Assembly (NCBI GenBank): GCA_963739225.1
Contig: CAVTZQ010000002.1
Coordinates: 2,331 to 66,330, forward strand
Direction: 5' to 3'
DNA from: an uncultured Acidobacteriota bacterium
GTDB taxonomy: Bacteria; Acidobacteriota; Thermoanaerobaculia; Thermoanaerobaculales; Thermoanaerobaculaceae
Length of the DNA stretch: 64,000 bases
A program made the position numbers and the translations under genes. Positions 10,851 to 19,911 of this stretch are shown here, in pieces. Position 1 is the stretch's first letter. Each line of letters begins with the position of its first letter. The notes beneath the pieces were generated by a model. That model made no database searches, was not told the origin of the DNA, and worked only from the letters and a program-made list of their open reading frames with translations.

Positions 10851-12083
10851 ATGAAGCCCGTGCGGCCAGCCGCCTTCGTGGCGGTGGGCTCCGAGTTGCT
10901 GCGCACCGACCGGCTCGATACGAACTCGCTGCTGGCGGCGCGCCTCCTGGCCCGCTGTGGGTACGCCCTGGTCGAGAAGCGCTGTGTGGAGGACGACGTC
11001 GATGCGATCGCTACCGCCGTGAACGAGCTGCTCGCGCGCGCCGAGTTGGTCGTTGTGAGCGGCGGGCTCGGCCCCACCGCTGACGACGTCACCCGCGAGG
11101 GGGCCGCCCGCGCCCTCGGGCTCGCAATTGTGCGCCGGTCGGAGCTGGAGGAGGAGCTGGCCGCCCGCTACCGGCGGCGGGGTCGGCCGGTGCCGACTAT
11201 CGCCTCGCGGATGGCGGATGTCCTGGAGGGGGCCGAGGTGTTGCGTAACCCGCTCGGCACCGCCCCTGGCCAGCTGCTGCAGGCGAAAGGGCACACGCTG
11301 GTGCTGCTTCCAGGAGTACCCTCGGAGTTCGAGCAGATCATCACCTCCCACCTGCTCCCGCGCTGGGTGACGGCGGGGGGTGTGGTAACGCGGACTCTGC
11401 GCCTGGCTGGTGTCTTCGAGTCGCAGGTTGAGGAGCGGGTGAGCCCCCTCTACGAGCGCTTTGGCCGGGAGCGGGTCACGATCCTCGCTGCGCGTGGGCA
11501 AGTGTCGCTCGTGCTCCTGGCCTCGGGCGAGCGGGCGCACGAGGAGATCGGGGAGATGGTCGAGGCGTTCCGCCGGGTCGTCGGCGTCGACCTCTTCGGC
11601 GAGGACGGGGACACGCTCCCTGGCGTCGTGCTCACGCTGCTGAACGAGCGCGGCTGGCGCCTGGCCGCCGCCGAGTCGTGCACCGGCGGATTGGTCAGCT
11701 CGTGGCTGACGGCCGTGCCTGGCGCGAGCGCCGACTTTGTCGGCGGGGTGGTCGCGTACTCTAACCATCTGAAGGAAGAGCTTCTGGGGGTGCCGGGAGA
11801 GCTGCTGGCGGCGCACGGGGCGGTCAGCCGCGAGGTCGCGGAGGCGATGGCGCGGGGCGCCTGTGCTCTGGGGGCGGAGTGTGGCGTGGCCGTGACGGGG
11901 ATTGCGGGGCCAACCGGCGGCAGCGCGGCGAAGCCCGTCGGCACGGTTCACATCGCGACGGTGACCCCGAGCGGGGCAAGGCACGCCCGGCACCGCTTCA
12001 GCGGCAACCGCGAGATGGTACGGGAGTTTTCCGCCAACTTCAGCCTCGACCTGCTGCGCCGGGCACTCGTGGAGGACAGATGA
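10851..12083 (+). CDS. cinA: CinA-family competence/damage-inducible protein (MoCF-binding plus nicotinamide-nucleotide amidase domains)
   Basis: ATG at 10851 inside ORF 10626..12083. FVAVGSELLRTDRLDTNS, VVVSGGLGPTADDVTREG, AAAESCTGGL and GIAGPTGG. Confidence 0.88.
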   Translation: MKPVRPAAFVAVGSELLRTDRLDTNSLLAARLLARCGYALVEKRCVEDDVDAIATAVNELLARAELVVVSGGLGPTADDVTREGAARALGLAIVRRSELEEELAARYRRRGRPVPTIASRMADVLEGAEVLRNPLGTAPGQLLQAKGHTLVLLPGVPSEFEQIITSHLLPRWVTAGGVVTRTLRLAGVFESQVEERVSPLYERFGRERVTILAARGQVSLVLLASGERAHEEIGEMVEAFRRVVGVDLFGEDGDTLPGVVLTLLNERGWRLAAAESCTGGLVSSWLTAVPGASADFVGGVVAYSNHLKEELLGVPGELLAAHGAVSREVAEAMARGACALGAECGVAVTGIAGPTGGSAAKPVGTVHIATVTPSGARHARHRFSGNREMVREFSANFSLDLLRRALVEDR

Positions 12084-12634
12084 GGTTGTTCATCGCGGTC
12101 GAGCTGCCCGACGAGGTTCGTGAGGTGCTCAGGGACGGCCTCGGTCTCCTCAAGCGTGACCAGCCCCCGGCACGCTGGGTACGCCCGGAGGGGATCCACA
12201 TCACGCTCAAGTTCCTGGGCGAGCAGCCGCCGGAACTGGTGGAACGACTGGACGGGGCGGTCGCCGGGTCGCTCTCTGACCTCTCTCCCGTGACCGTCCG
12301 CCTCGGGGGGGGCGGATACTTCCCCCACGATCGCCGCCCGCGCGTTGCGTGGGTCGGGGGCCAGGCTGCCGGGCTCGACGCCTGGGCGCGGTTGATGGAG
12401 GACGCAGCGGCTGGCCTCGGGGTGCCGCGCGAAGCGCGGGCGTTCTCGCTCCACCTCACACTTGCCCGCCTGGAGCGCCCGTGGGGAGTGCAGGCGGTGG
12501 AGCACTTCCTGGTCCAGGTGGGGAAGTGGCGGTTTCCCGAGTTCGTGGCGCGCGAGGCCGTCCTCTTCCAGAGTGACCTGCGGCCCTCGGGGGCGGTGTA
12601 CACGCCGCTGCGGCGCTGGCCGGTAGGGTCGTGA
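12080..12634 (+). CDS. thpR: RNA 2',3'-cyclic phosphodiesterase (2H phosphoesterase, LigT/ThpR)
   Basis: ATG at 12080 overlaps the cinA stop (ATGA). MRLFIAVELP..., with two H-x-T/S motifs (HITLKF and HLTLAR). Confidence 0.85.
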   Translation: MRLFIAVELPDEVREVLRDGLGLLKRDQPPARWVRPEGIHITLKFLGEQPPELVERLDGAVAGSLSDLSPVTVRLGGGGYFPHDRRPRVAWVGGQAAGLDAWARLMEDAAAGLGVPREARAFSLHLTLARLERPWGVQAVEHFLVQVGKWRFPEFVAREAVLFQSDLRPSGAVYTPLRRWPVGS

Positions 12635-13251
12635 GCGGGCGCGGGAGGCGCGTGATGGCGCGCGAGCTGATGCTGGTCGTGGCGTACTTCCTGGGCTCGA
12701 TCCCCTTCGCTTTCCTCTTCGTGAAGGCGGCGGGGCGCGGCGACCTGCGGCGGGTGGGGTCGGGAAACGTTGGCGCCACCAATGCAATGCGTGCCGCAGG
12801 GTGGAAGGTGGCCCTCCCGATCGCTGTCCTCGACATCGCCAAGGGCGTGGCGGCGGTCCTGCTCATGCGGCAGGTGACCGCAAACCCCGACTGGGTGGCC
12901 GCGGCTGGCCTCGCGGCGATTGTCGGCCATTGCTTCCCGGTCTGGCTGCGCTTCACCGGAGGCAAGGGCGTGGCGACCGGGGCGGGGGTGTTCTTCACCC
13001 TGGCCTGGCTGCCAATGGTTGTCGTCGCGGGCGTGTGGGTCGCGATGCTTCTCGTGTTCCGGATCGTGTCGATTGCAAGCGTGACAGCCGCCGCCGCGTT
13101 TCCGGTCGCTTTTTTCTTCATCGTCCACCCACCCGCTCCGGTGGTGGTGTGCGCCGTGCTGGCGGCGCTCGTGATCATCTGGCGGCACCGGGGAAACCTG
13201 GCGCGCCTGGTGCGTGGCGAAGAGCCGCGGCTGGGGGAGAAGAAGAAATGA
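12631..13251 (+). CDS. plsY: Glycerol-3-phosphate acyltransferase PlsY
   Basis: ORF track, 206 aa. GSIPFAFL, SGNVGATNAMR and FTGGKGVATGAG. The GTG start overlaps the thpR stop; ATG at 12655 is an alternative start. Confidence 0.9.
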   Translation: MSGRGRRVMARELMLVVAYFLGSIPFAFLFVKAAGRGDLRRVGSGNVGATNAMRAAGWKVALPIAVLDIAKGVAAVLLMRQVTANPDWVAAAGLAAIVGHCFPVWLRFTGGKGVATGAGVFFTLAWLPMVVVAGVWVAMLLVFRIVSIASVTAAAAFPVAFFFIVHPPAPVVVCAVLAALVIIWRHRGNLARLVRGEEPRLGEKKK

Positions 13252-14246
13252 GGGTCGCGGTTATCGGCGCCGGCTCGTGGGGGACCGCCCTGGCGATGCA
13301 TGTGGCTCGCGTAGGGTGCGACGTCTCGCTGTGGGCACGTGAGGAAGAGATCGTCGAGGGGATCCGGAGGACTCGCAGCAACCCGCTGTTTCTCTCGGAT
13401 TTCACGATCCCCGAGCAGGTCAGGGTCACTGGCGAACTGGCGGTCGCATGTGCCGGGGCGCGGGCGATCATCTTCGTCGTCCCGGTGCAGTTCGCCCGCG
13501 AGGTTCTGCGGGGTCTGCGTCCCCATGTGCCCGCAAATGCGGTGCTGCTCTCGGCCAGCAAGGGGATCGAGGTGGCGAGCCTGGCGCGGATGGACGAGCT
13601 TGTTCGCGCCGAGCTCGGGCTGGAGGAGGGGGCGTTCGTGGCGCTTTCGGGCCCGTCGTTCGCCCGCGAGGTGGCGGCGGGACTACCCACTGCCGCGGTG
13701 CTGGCGGGGACGAACGCTGCCGCCCTGCGCGGGCTCCAAGAGGCGTTCTCCGACAAGTCTTTCCGCTTCTACACCGCCTCTGACGTGGTTGGCGTGGAGC
13801 TGGCCGGGGCGCTCAAGAACGTGATCGCGATCGCGGCCGGGATGGCCACGGGTCTCGAGCTCGGCCTGAACGCGCTGGCGGCGCTGCTCACCCGCGGCCT
13901 GCACGAGATCGCGCGCCTCGGCGTCAAGCTCGGGGGGCGCGAGGAGACTTTCCGGGGTCTCGCGGGTATGGGGGACCTCGTGCTCACCTGCACGGGCGCG
14001 CTCTCGCGCAACCGCAGCGTGGGGGAGCGCCTGGGGCGCGGGGAGCCACTGGAGACGATCCTGGCCGGCCGCGAGGTTGCGGAGGGGGTGCCCACGGCAC
14101 GCGCCGCCTCGGAGCTCGCACGTAGGAACGGGGTGGAGATGCCGATCACGTTCACCATCGAGGCCATCCTCGCGGGCAGGCTCACGCCGCGGGAGGCGGT
14201 CCCGGCCCTCATGACGCGAACGCTCAAGGAAGAGGCGTTGCTGTGA
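13248..14246 (+). CDS. gpsA: NAD(P)H-dependent glycerol-3-phosphate dehydrogenase
   Basis: ATG at 13248 overlaps the plsY stop (ATGA). MRVAVIGAGSWGTALA, SKGIE, GALKNVIAIAAG and SRNRSVGERLGRGE. Confidence 0.92.
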   Translation: MRVAVIGAGSWGTALAMHVARVGCDVSLWAREEEIVEGIRRTRSNPLFLSDFTIPEQVRVTGELAVACAGARAIIFVVPVQFAREVLRGLRPHVPANAVLLSASKGIEVASLARMDELVRAELGLEEGAFVALSGPSFAREVAAGLPTAAVLAGTNAAALRGLQEAFSDKSFRFYTASDVVGVELAGALKNVIAIAAGMATGLELGLNALAALLTRGLHEIARLGVKLGGREETFRGLAGMGDLVLTCTGALSRNRSVGERLGRGEPLETILAGREVAEGVPTARAASELARRNGVEMPITFTIEAILAGRLTPREAVPALMTRTLKEEALL

Positions 14247-14283
14247 AGTCGCCGTCGGGCGGACCGACGATTCGGGGACGACA

Positions 14284-15676
14284 ATGAAGACCACGCATGA
14301 TTCTCTCCCTACTTTTCTTTGCGGCACTGACGTTCCGACCCTGCTCTCGTGCGGGTCGAAGGCCGATCCCCGGCTTTCCGGCTCGTGGAGGGGCGAGGAG
14401 ACGAACGGCTGGATCCCGGTCCGGCTGCAGGGGTCTCCCGCGCGTATCGGTTTCCAGCACGGCTACCTCCTGGCGCCCGAGATCGTCGACGCAATGAAGG
14501 TCGTCCAGCTCTCACTGCCCCGCGAAACAAAGCGGGATTGGGCGTTCCTGCGCGCGGCGGCGGAGACGATCCTCTGGCCCCACATCGAGGAGGAGTACCG
14601 GGAGGAGCTCCGCGGCATCTCGGAGGGGCTCGCCGCGCGCGGCGTCACCGTCGATATCACCGACCTGGTGGTGCTCAACGCCTTCCTCGAGCTGACCTAC
14701 TACACCGACTGGCTCGATGCGAAGAAAACGTCATCGGCGCCGGAAAGGTGCAGCGCGTTCGTGGCCACCGGCAGCTGGACCCGCGACGGGAAGATCGTGA
14801 TCGCGCACAACAACTGGTCCGGGTACCTGGAAGGGTCGCGGTGGAACATCATTTTCGACATCCGGCCGGAGAAGGGGTACCGGATCCTCATGGACGGCTT
14901 TCCGGGCCTCATTCACAGCGGAGACGACTTCGGGATGAACTCCGCGGGCATCGTCATCACCGAGACGACGATCACGCGGTTCAAAGGGCTTCGAGCCGAA
15001 CGGGATCCCGGAGTTCGTGCGCGCCCGCAAGGCGATGCAGTATGCCGCGAGCGTGGACGATTTCGTCCGGACCATGAAGGACGGCAACAACGGCGGCTAC
15101 GCCAACACCTGGCTGGTCGCGGACACGAAGCGCAACGAGGTGGCTCGTCTCGAGCTTGGGTTGAAAAACGTCACGCTCGAGCGAACGAGCGACGGCTTCT
15201 TCGTGGGCGCCAACTTCCCCATCGATCCGAAGCTGACGACCGAGGAGACGGATTTCCCGGCCAGCGATCCGGGCGTGAGCGCGTGCGCTCGCCGGACGTG
15301 TTGGGAACAGGTCATGCCCGAGTTCAAGGGAAGGATCGACGTCGCGGCAGCCAAGCGCCTCCTCGCGGACCACCACGACGCCTATGAGAAGAAGGCGGAT
15401 GCACCCAGCGAGCGGACGCTCTGCGGCCACGTGGACCTCTCGCCGCGTGGGATGAAGCCGTGGCAGGATCCGTTCGGCCCGGCGGGCACGGTGCAGGCGA
15501 AGGTGGCAGACGCCGCGATGGTGGAGCGGATGGAACTGGACGCCGCCATGGGTCACCCGTGCGGGCTTGGCTTTGTGGCCGCGGAGCACCTGAAGCGGTA
15601 CCCGCAGTTCGACTGGCAGAGGGAACTGCTCAGGGACCTGCCCTCGCGGCCGTGGACGCACTTCTCGGCGCGTTAG
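14284..15676 (+). pseudogene. C45-family peptidase / phospholipase-B-like (acyl-CoA:6-APA acyltransferase-like) gene interrupted by one extra base near 14989
   Basis: Frame of ORF 14284..15387 reads ...SAFVATGSWTRDGKIVIAHNNW...GMNSAGIVITETTITRFKG. Sense then continues in the +1 frame (ORF 15017..15676) as FEPNGIPEFVRARKAMQYAASVDDFVRTMKDGNNGGYANTWLVAD... The junction is AAAGGG-c-TTC. Confidence 0.7.
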
Positions 15677-15688
15677 CCGATCGCGGCG

Positions 15689-16123
15689 CTAGCGGACGGC
15701 GATGGCGCTGATCTCGATCCGGGCATTCCTCGGGAGTTCGGCCGCCTCGACCGTCGCGCGGGCGGGCGGTTGTCTCGGGAAGTACCCGGCGTAGATCTTA
15801 TTCATCGCCGCGAAGTCGTCCATGTCGGCGAGGAAGACCTGGCAGGAGACCACATTCTCCAGCGAGTAGCCTCCTGCTTCCAGGACCGCCTTGAGGTTCT
15901 CCAGGACCTGCCGGGTCTCGGCCTCGATCCCGCCCTTGACGATCTCGCCGGTCGCGGGATCGATTGCGAGCTGACCCGACAGGTAGAGCGTGTTGCCCGT
16001 ACGCACGGCCTGGGAGTACGGGCCGATCGCCTTGGGGGCGTTGTCGGTGACGATTACCTGCGCGTGCTGGCCGCACGCTGCCAGGAGCGGGGCACACGCC
16101 AGAAGAGCAAGTAGGGTCCTCAT
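15689..16123 (-). CDS. RidA-family (YjgF/YER057c/UK114) reactive-intermediate deaminase with lipoprotein signal peptide
   Basis: ORF track, 144 aa. [18 protein letters not shown] has a lipobox (LAAC). The body reads [12 protein letters not shown]...LYLSGQ...[15 protein letters not shown]...[19 protein letters not shown]. Confidence 0.85.
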   Translation of the reverse strand: MRTLLALLACAPLLAACGQHAQVIVTDNAPKAIGPYSQAVRTGNTLYLSGQLAIDPATGEIVKGGIEAETRQVLENLKAVLEAGGYSLENVVSCQVFLADMDDFAAMNKIYAGYFPRQPPARATVEAAELPRNARIEISAIAVR

Positions 16124-17421
16124 GCGGTCGGCAGTCCTTTCTCGAGCGCCCCTTCGATGGCCTCACAGAACCGGTCGATCTCATCCGGGGTGGTGTACAC
16201 GCTGGGTGCCACCCGGATCCCCTCGAACTCGTCATGCTTGATCGCCGCCACGATGATCCGGTGCCTGCCCCAGAGATGGTCGGCGAGCTTGCCGGAGTCC
16301 ACGCCCTCGATCTGCACGAGCGCCAAACCGCAGGAGAGCCCGGGTTTGAGGCTGGTGTGGAGCCGGACGCGAGCGTGACGCGAGAGGCGCGTGGCCCAGC
16401 GGTCGCGCAGGTAGCGCAGCCTCGCCTCCTTGCGTTGAGGGCCGATGCCGGTCGTGAATGCAAGCGCCTCGGCGATCGCCAGGTAGGGGGCCGCGGGGTG
16501 GGTACCGATCTCCTCGAACTTGCGGATGTTGTCGTCGAGTTCTGGCGGCGCCGCCATGAGCGGCCAGAGGCCGCGAATCCTGTCGCGCCGGACGTAGAGC
16601 ATGCCGGTGCCGTGGGGAGCGAACAGCCACTTGTGAAGGCTCGTGGCGTAGTAGTCGCAGTCGAGGTCGGCGCGAGTGAAGGCCAGGTGCGCAAACGAGT
16701 GGGCACCGTCCACCAACACCGGGATCCGCCGTCGGTGCCCCATTGCGACGATGTCGCGCACCGGAAGCACCTGCCCGGTCAGGAAGATCATGTGGCTCGC
16801 CAGGATCAGACGGGTCTTCGGCGTGATCGCTTCCTCGAACAGGCGCACCACCTTCTCCGGGTCCTCGACCGGGGTGGGGATGGAGATCTGCTTCAGGACG
16901 ATCCCTTCGCGCCGCTCGCGCTGCTTGAAGGTCGTGATCATTCTCGGGTAGTCCTGGTTCGACGTGAGCACCTCATCGCCGGCTTTGAGGTCGAAGCCGA
17001 ACTGACACGTCTCCAGACCCTCGGAGGTGTTGCGGGTGAGGGCAACCTCCTCCGGGTCGCATCCGAAGAACCGCGCAAGCTTCTCCCGCACCGTCTCGCG
17101 CTGGGGCTCCAGCACCCGCCACATGGTGTGGGCGGGGGCGGCGTTGGAGTACTCCTGGTAGCGCCGCTGGGCCTCCTGGACCGCCGCCGGCGAGGGGCTG
17201 ACGCCCCCGTTGTTCAGGTTGACGACCGTGCGGTCGACGACGAAGGCGCGCTGCACCTCCGCCCAGAACGCCTCGTCCGTCGCGACCTCCTCGGCGCTGC
17301 CCGGGTGCTGGCTGGCGGTATCGGCGATCGCCATGGCGCGGCGGGGGTGCAGGAAGGCGAGCGCCACTGCGGCCCCGACCGGCTGGCTCGCCACGGCCAT
17401 GAACTGGCGCCGGCTGAGCAT
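16120..17421 (-). CDS. Class V aminotransferase-fold PLP enzyme (isopenicillin-N-epimerase / cysteine-desulfurase-like) with Tat signal
   Basis: ORF 16120..17517, with ATG at 17421 giving [24 protein letters not shown] (twin-arginine motif). PLP lysine context YATSLHKWL. Its stop overlaps the RidA start by 4 nt. Confidence 0.8.
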   Translation of the reverse strand: MLSRRQFMAVASQPVGAAVALAFLHPRRAMAIADTASQHPGSAEEVATDEAFWAEVQRAFVVDRTVVNLNNGGVSPSPAAVQEAQRRYQEYSNAAPAHTMWRVLEPQRETVREKLARFFGCDPEEVALTRNTSEGLETCQFGFDLKAGDEVLTSNQDYPRMITTFKQRERREGIVLKQISIPTPVEDPEKVVRLFEEAITPKTRLILASHMIFLTGQVLPVRDIVAMGHRRRIPVLVDGAHSFAHLAFTRADLDCDYYATSLHKWLFAPHGTGMLYVRRDRIRGLWPLMAAPPELDDNIRKFEEIGTHPAAPYLAIAEALAFTTGIGPQRKEARLRYLRDRWATRLSRHARVRLHTSLKPGLSCGLALVQIEGVDSGKLADHLWGRHRIIVAAIKHDEFEGIRVAPSVYTTPDEIDRFCEAIEGALEKGLPTA

Positions 17422-17526
17422 CTTTGGCCTCCGTCCTTGCGGTGGAATCTCACGATGCCGTTCGATGCTGTCGCTGTCGAGGGATATTCTAACCCCCGCT
17501 CCGGCGCACGCGGTCAATGCTGCCGT

Positions 17527-18480
17527 CTAGTACGGGAGCACCGCCCCCAAGGTAACGCCGAGGCCCGCGAGGAATCGCTGCAGGTCGGCGGGAAGGGGGG
17601 CCTCGAGGCGCAGTTGCTTTCCGGTGCGGGGGTGCGGGAGGGTGAGCCGCCAGGCGTGGAGGAACGGTCGCGGGACGCCCCCGCCGCCGCCGTACAGGGC
17701 GTCGCCTGCCACCGGGAACCCGGCCGCGGCCAGGTGAACCCGCACCTGATGCGTGCGCCCAGTGAGCGGGCGCACCTCGACGAGGGAGAGTTCGCCGAGC
17801 CTTGCGAGCAAGCGCACCTCGGTGCTGGCAGGCTTCCCACCGCGTGCGACGCGGAAACGCCCCGGGACCAGCGGGTCATGGGCGATCGCACCGGAGATCT
17901 TCCTGGGTCCCGCCGCCAGTTCTCCGTACACTAACGCCAGGTAGCGCTTCTGGACGGTGCCCGAGGCCCAGATCTTCGCAAGAGCGCGGGCCGCGTCGTG
18001 CTGCCGCGCGAAGACCAGCACACCGGTCGTAAGACGGTCGAGGCGGTGGAAGAGCAACACCTTGACCTGCTTCCCCTCTCGGGCCGCCAACTGGAGGAGT
18101 ACCCTCTCGTGGGCCGTCAGTTCGCCCGGGGCACGCCTTCGGGGTGGCTGCGTCGTGAGGCCCGCAGGCTTGTCGACCGCGACCAGCCAACCATCCTCGT
18201 GGAGGATCGGCAGGGCGGGCGGCGCCACCGGAGGGGGTGCCAGCACCTCGTCCTCCGGGACGACGTCCAGCACATCGGCGAGGTGGAGCTGGCGCGAGAG
18301 GACGCGGCTGGGCCGGCCGTTGAGCCACAGCCGACCTTCGGCGACAAGCGCACGAACACGCCGCCGGGCGATTCCCGTGAGCGTGGCGAGGCCTTGGTCG
18401 AGACGCTGCCCAGCCAGTTCCGGGTGGACGACGTACCGCACGACCCCAGGCCGCGGCGCGGTAGGCGCAACTGAGATCAC
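17527..18480 (-). CDS. RluA/RluD-family 23S rRNA pseudouridine synthase (S4 plus PseudoU_synth_2)
   Basis: ORF track, 317 aa. Catalytic motif HRLDRLTTGVLVFAR, C-terminal GRTHQVRVHLA, and an N-terminal S4-like RLDQGLA... Confidence 0.88.
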   Translation of the reverse strand: MISVAPTAPRPGVVRYVVHPELAGQRLDQGLATLTGIARRRVRALVAEGRLWLNGRPSRVLSRQLHLADVLDVVPEDEVLAPPPVAPPALPILHEDGWLVAVDKPAGLTTQPPRRRAPGELTAHERVLLQLAAREGKQVKVLLFHRLDRLTTGVLVFARQHDAARALAKIWASGTVQKRYLALVYGELAAGPRKISGAIAHDPLVPGRFRVARGGKPASTEVRLLARLGELSLVEVRPLTGRTHQVRVHLAAAGFPVAGDALYGGGGGVPRPFLHAWRLTLPHPRTGKQLRLEAPLPADLQRFLAGLGVTLGAVLPY

Positions 18481-18510
18481 GTCTGCGGCCTGCGACGCGG
18501 CATCGAGCTT

Positions 18511-19209
18511 TCAGCCCTTAGAGGGAGTAGGGTCGGCCACCGACTCCCACGGGAGCACGATGCGCGCGGTGGTGCCGGCGGCGCTGCTTGCGAGTTCCAG
18601 ACGGCCGCCGTGGGCCTCCACCATCTTGCGGGCGATGGCCAGGCCCAGGCCCGCACCCCCCGCGCGGCGCACGGCCATCGGAAGCGCGAGCTTGGACAGC
18701 ACCTCGGGAGGGATGCCGGTCCCGCCGTCCTGTACCTCGACCACTGGCCCACCGTTGGCGCCCCGCACGGTGGCCGAAACCGGCGGGGGCGGGGTGGCGC
18801 TGCGGACCGCGTTATCGAGAACCGCCAGCAGCGCGTGCGAGAGCGCTCGCGGGTCCCACGATCCGCGCCGGAGCTGACCCTCGGTCTTGACTTGGACCTG
18901 GAACGGGGTCGCGTCGGGGTCCCACGCGAACTGCAGGCGCTGCACCTGCTCCCGCACCAGCGCGACGAGGTCCACGGAGGTCACAGTGAGCCTGATCGGG
19001 CGCCCGTACAGCAGCAGTTGCTCCAGGTAGTGTTTCAGGGCGTCCACCTGGTGGAGGACGGCCTCGAAGTGGGCTTTGATCTCGGGCGCGGAGCCGGAAC
19101 GCCGGATCCCCATCTCGGCCTGTAGCCCCATGGTGAAGGCATGGTTGCGAACGTCGTGAGCGATCTGGTTGACGAGGTTCTCCAGCGCGGTCTCAGTCCC
19201 TTCCTTCAT
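18511..19209 (-). CDS. Small cytoplasmic histidine kinase (HisKA plus HATPase_c only, no sensor domain)
   Basis: ORF track, 232 aa. H-box IAHDVRNH, N-box LDNAVRS, G-boxes DGGTGIP and GGAGLGLAIA. No TM or PAS/GAF segment is visible. Confidence 0.8.
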   Translation of the reverse strand: MKEGTETALENLVNQIAHDVRNHAFTMGLQAEMGIRRSGSAPEIKAHFEAVLHQVDALKHYLEQLLLYGRPIRLTVTSVDLVALVREQVQRLQFAWDPDATPFQVQVKTEGQLRRGSWDPRALSHALLAVLDNAVRSATPPPPVSATVRGANGGPVVEVQDGGTGIPPEVLSKLALPMAVRRAGGAGLGLAIARKMVEAHGGRLELASSAAGTTARIVLPWESVADPTPSKG

Positions 19210-19235
19210 CTTTTATATGCTAGCACCGCCTTAGC

Positions 19236-19264
19236 TTGACATCCCCGACGCCCTCGGTGAGACT
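19236..19264 (+). promoter_or_regulatory. Candidate sigma70-type promoter for the TetR/acyl-CoA ligase operon (TTGACA, 17 nt spacer, GAGACT)
   Basis: Read directly: TTGACA at 19236-19241, a 17-nt spacer, and a weak -10 GAGACT at 19259-19264. It overlaps the palindrome at 19261-19280. Confidence 0.35.
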
Positions 19265-19280
19265 GAACGAGAGTTCAGTC
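19261..19280. promoter_or_regulatory. Perfect 8+4+8 palindrome GACTGAACgagaGTTCAGTC, candidate TetR operator
   Basis: Read directly. It lies 12 nt upstream of the TetR start codon (19292) and overlaps the putative -10/+1 region. Confidence 0.5.
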
Positions 19281-19291
19281 AGAAGTGGGGG

Positions 19292-19906
19292 ATGAGCTTG
19301 CGGGGGGCGCTTGACCAGAAGTCGCGGGAGCGCAAGCGCGGCGCAATCCTCCGCGCAGCCGTGGAGGTGTTCGCGGAGCGCGGCTATTTCGGCGCCCGGA
19401 TGCGAGAGGTGGCGGAGCGGGCCGGGGTGGCTGACGGCACGCTCTACCTGTACTTCAAGGGCAAGGAGCACATCCTGGTCTCGCTGCTCGAGGAGCACAC
19501 GCACGCTTTTCTGGTGCGTGCGCGCCGGGATGCCGCCGCGCTTGAGGACCCGCGCCAGAAGCTCCGCTCTGTCGTCGAACGTCACCTCGCAAGCCTCGAG
19601 GGCGACCGCGCACTTGCGCGGGTGTTCCAGATCGAACTGCGGCACTCGAGGAGGTTCCTCCGTCAAATTGCGCGGGGCCAGGTGGCGATGTACCTGCAGC
19701 TGCTGCAGGAAATCATCGAGCAGGGTGCAGCCGGCGGCTGCTTCCGCGCCGATGTGCCCGCCGACGTGGCGGCGCGGGCCGTCTTCGGCGCTGTAGACGA
19801 GTTGATCACGGCCTGGGTCCTGGCCGCCCGCCCGCGGCCGCTTGCGGAGCAGGCCGGGCCGCTGCTGCGGCTGCTCCTCGAGGGCCTCGAGGCGCGAAGG
19901 GGGTGA
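19292..19906 (+). CDS. TetR/AcrR-family transcriptional regulator
   Basis: ORF track, 204 aa. N-terminal HTH ILRAAVEVFAERGYFGARMREVAERAGVADGTLYLYFKGKEHIL. Confidence 0.88.
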   Translation: MSLRGALDQKSRERKRGAILRAAVEVFAERGYFGARMREVAERAGVADGTLYLYFKGKEHILVSLLEEHTHAFLVRARRDAAALEDPRQKLRSVVERHLASLEGDRALARVFQIELRHSRRFLRQIARGQVAMYLQLLQEIIEQGAAGGCFRADVPADVAARAVFGAVDELITAWVLAARPRPLAEQAGPLLRLLLEGLEARRG

Positions 19907-19911
19907 GAGAG

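Noticed and set aside
14284-14345. An alternative-frame hydrophobic stretch, MILSLLFFAALTF (ORF 14297..14497), followed in the main frame by the lipobox-like LLSCGS. This suggests the C45-like enzyme has a lipoprotein signal hidden by further indels.
   Set aside because: It would require one insertion and one deletion within 40 nt. That is not parsimonious and may be coincidental hydrophobicity in an alternative frame.
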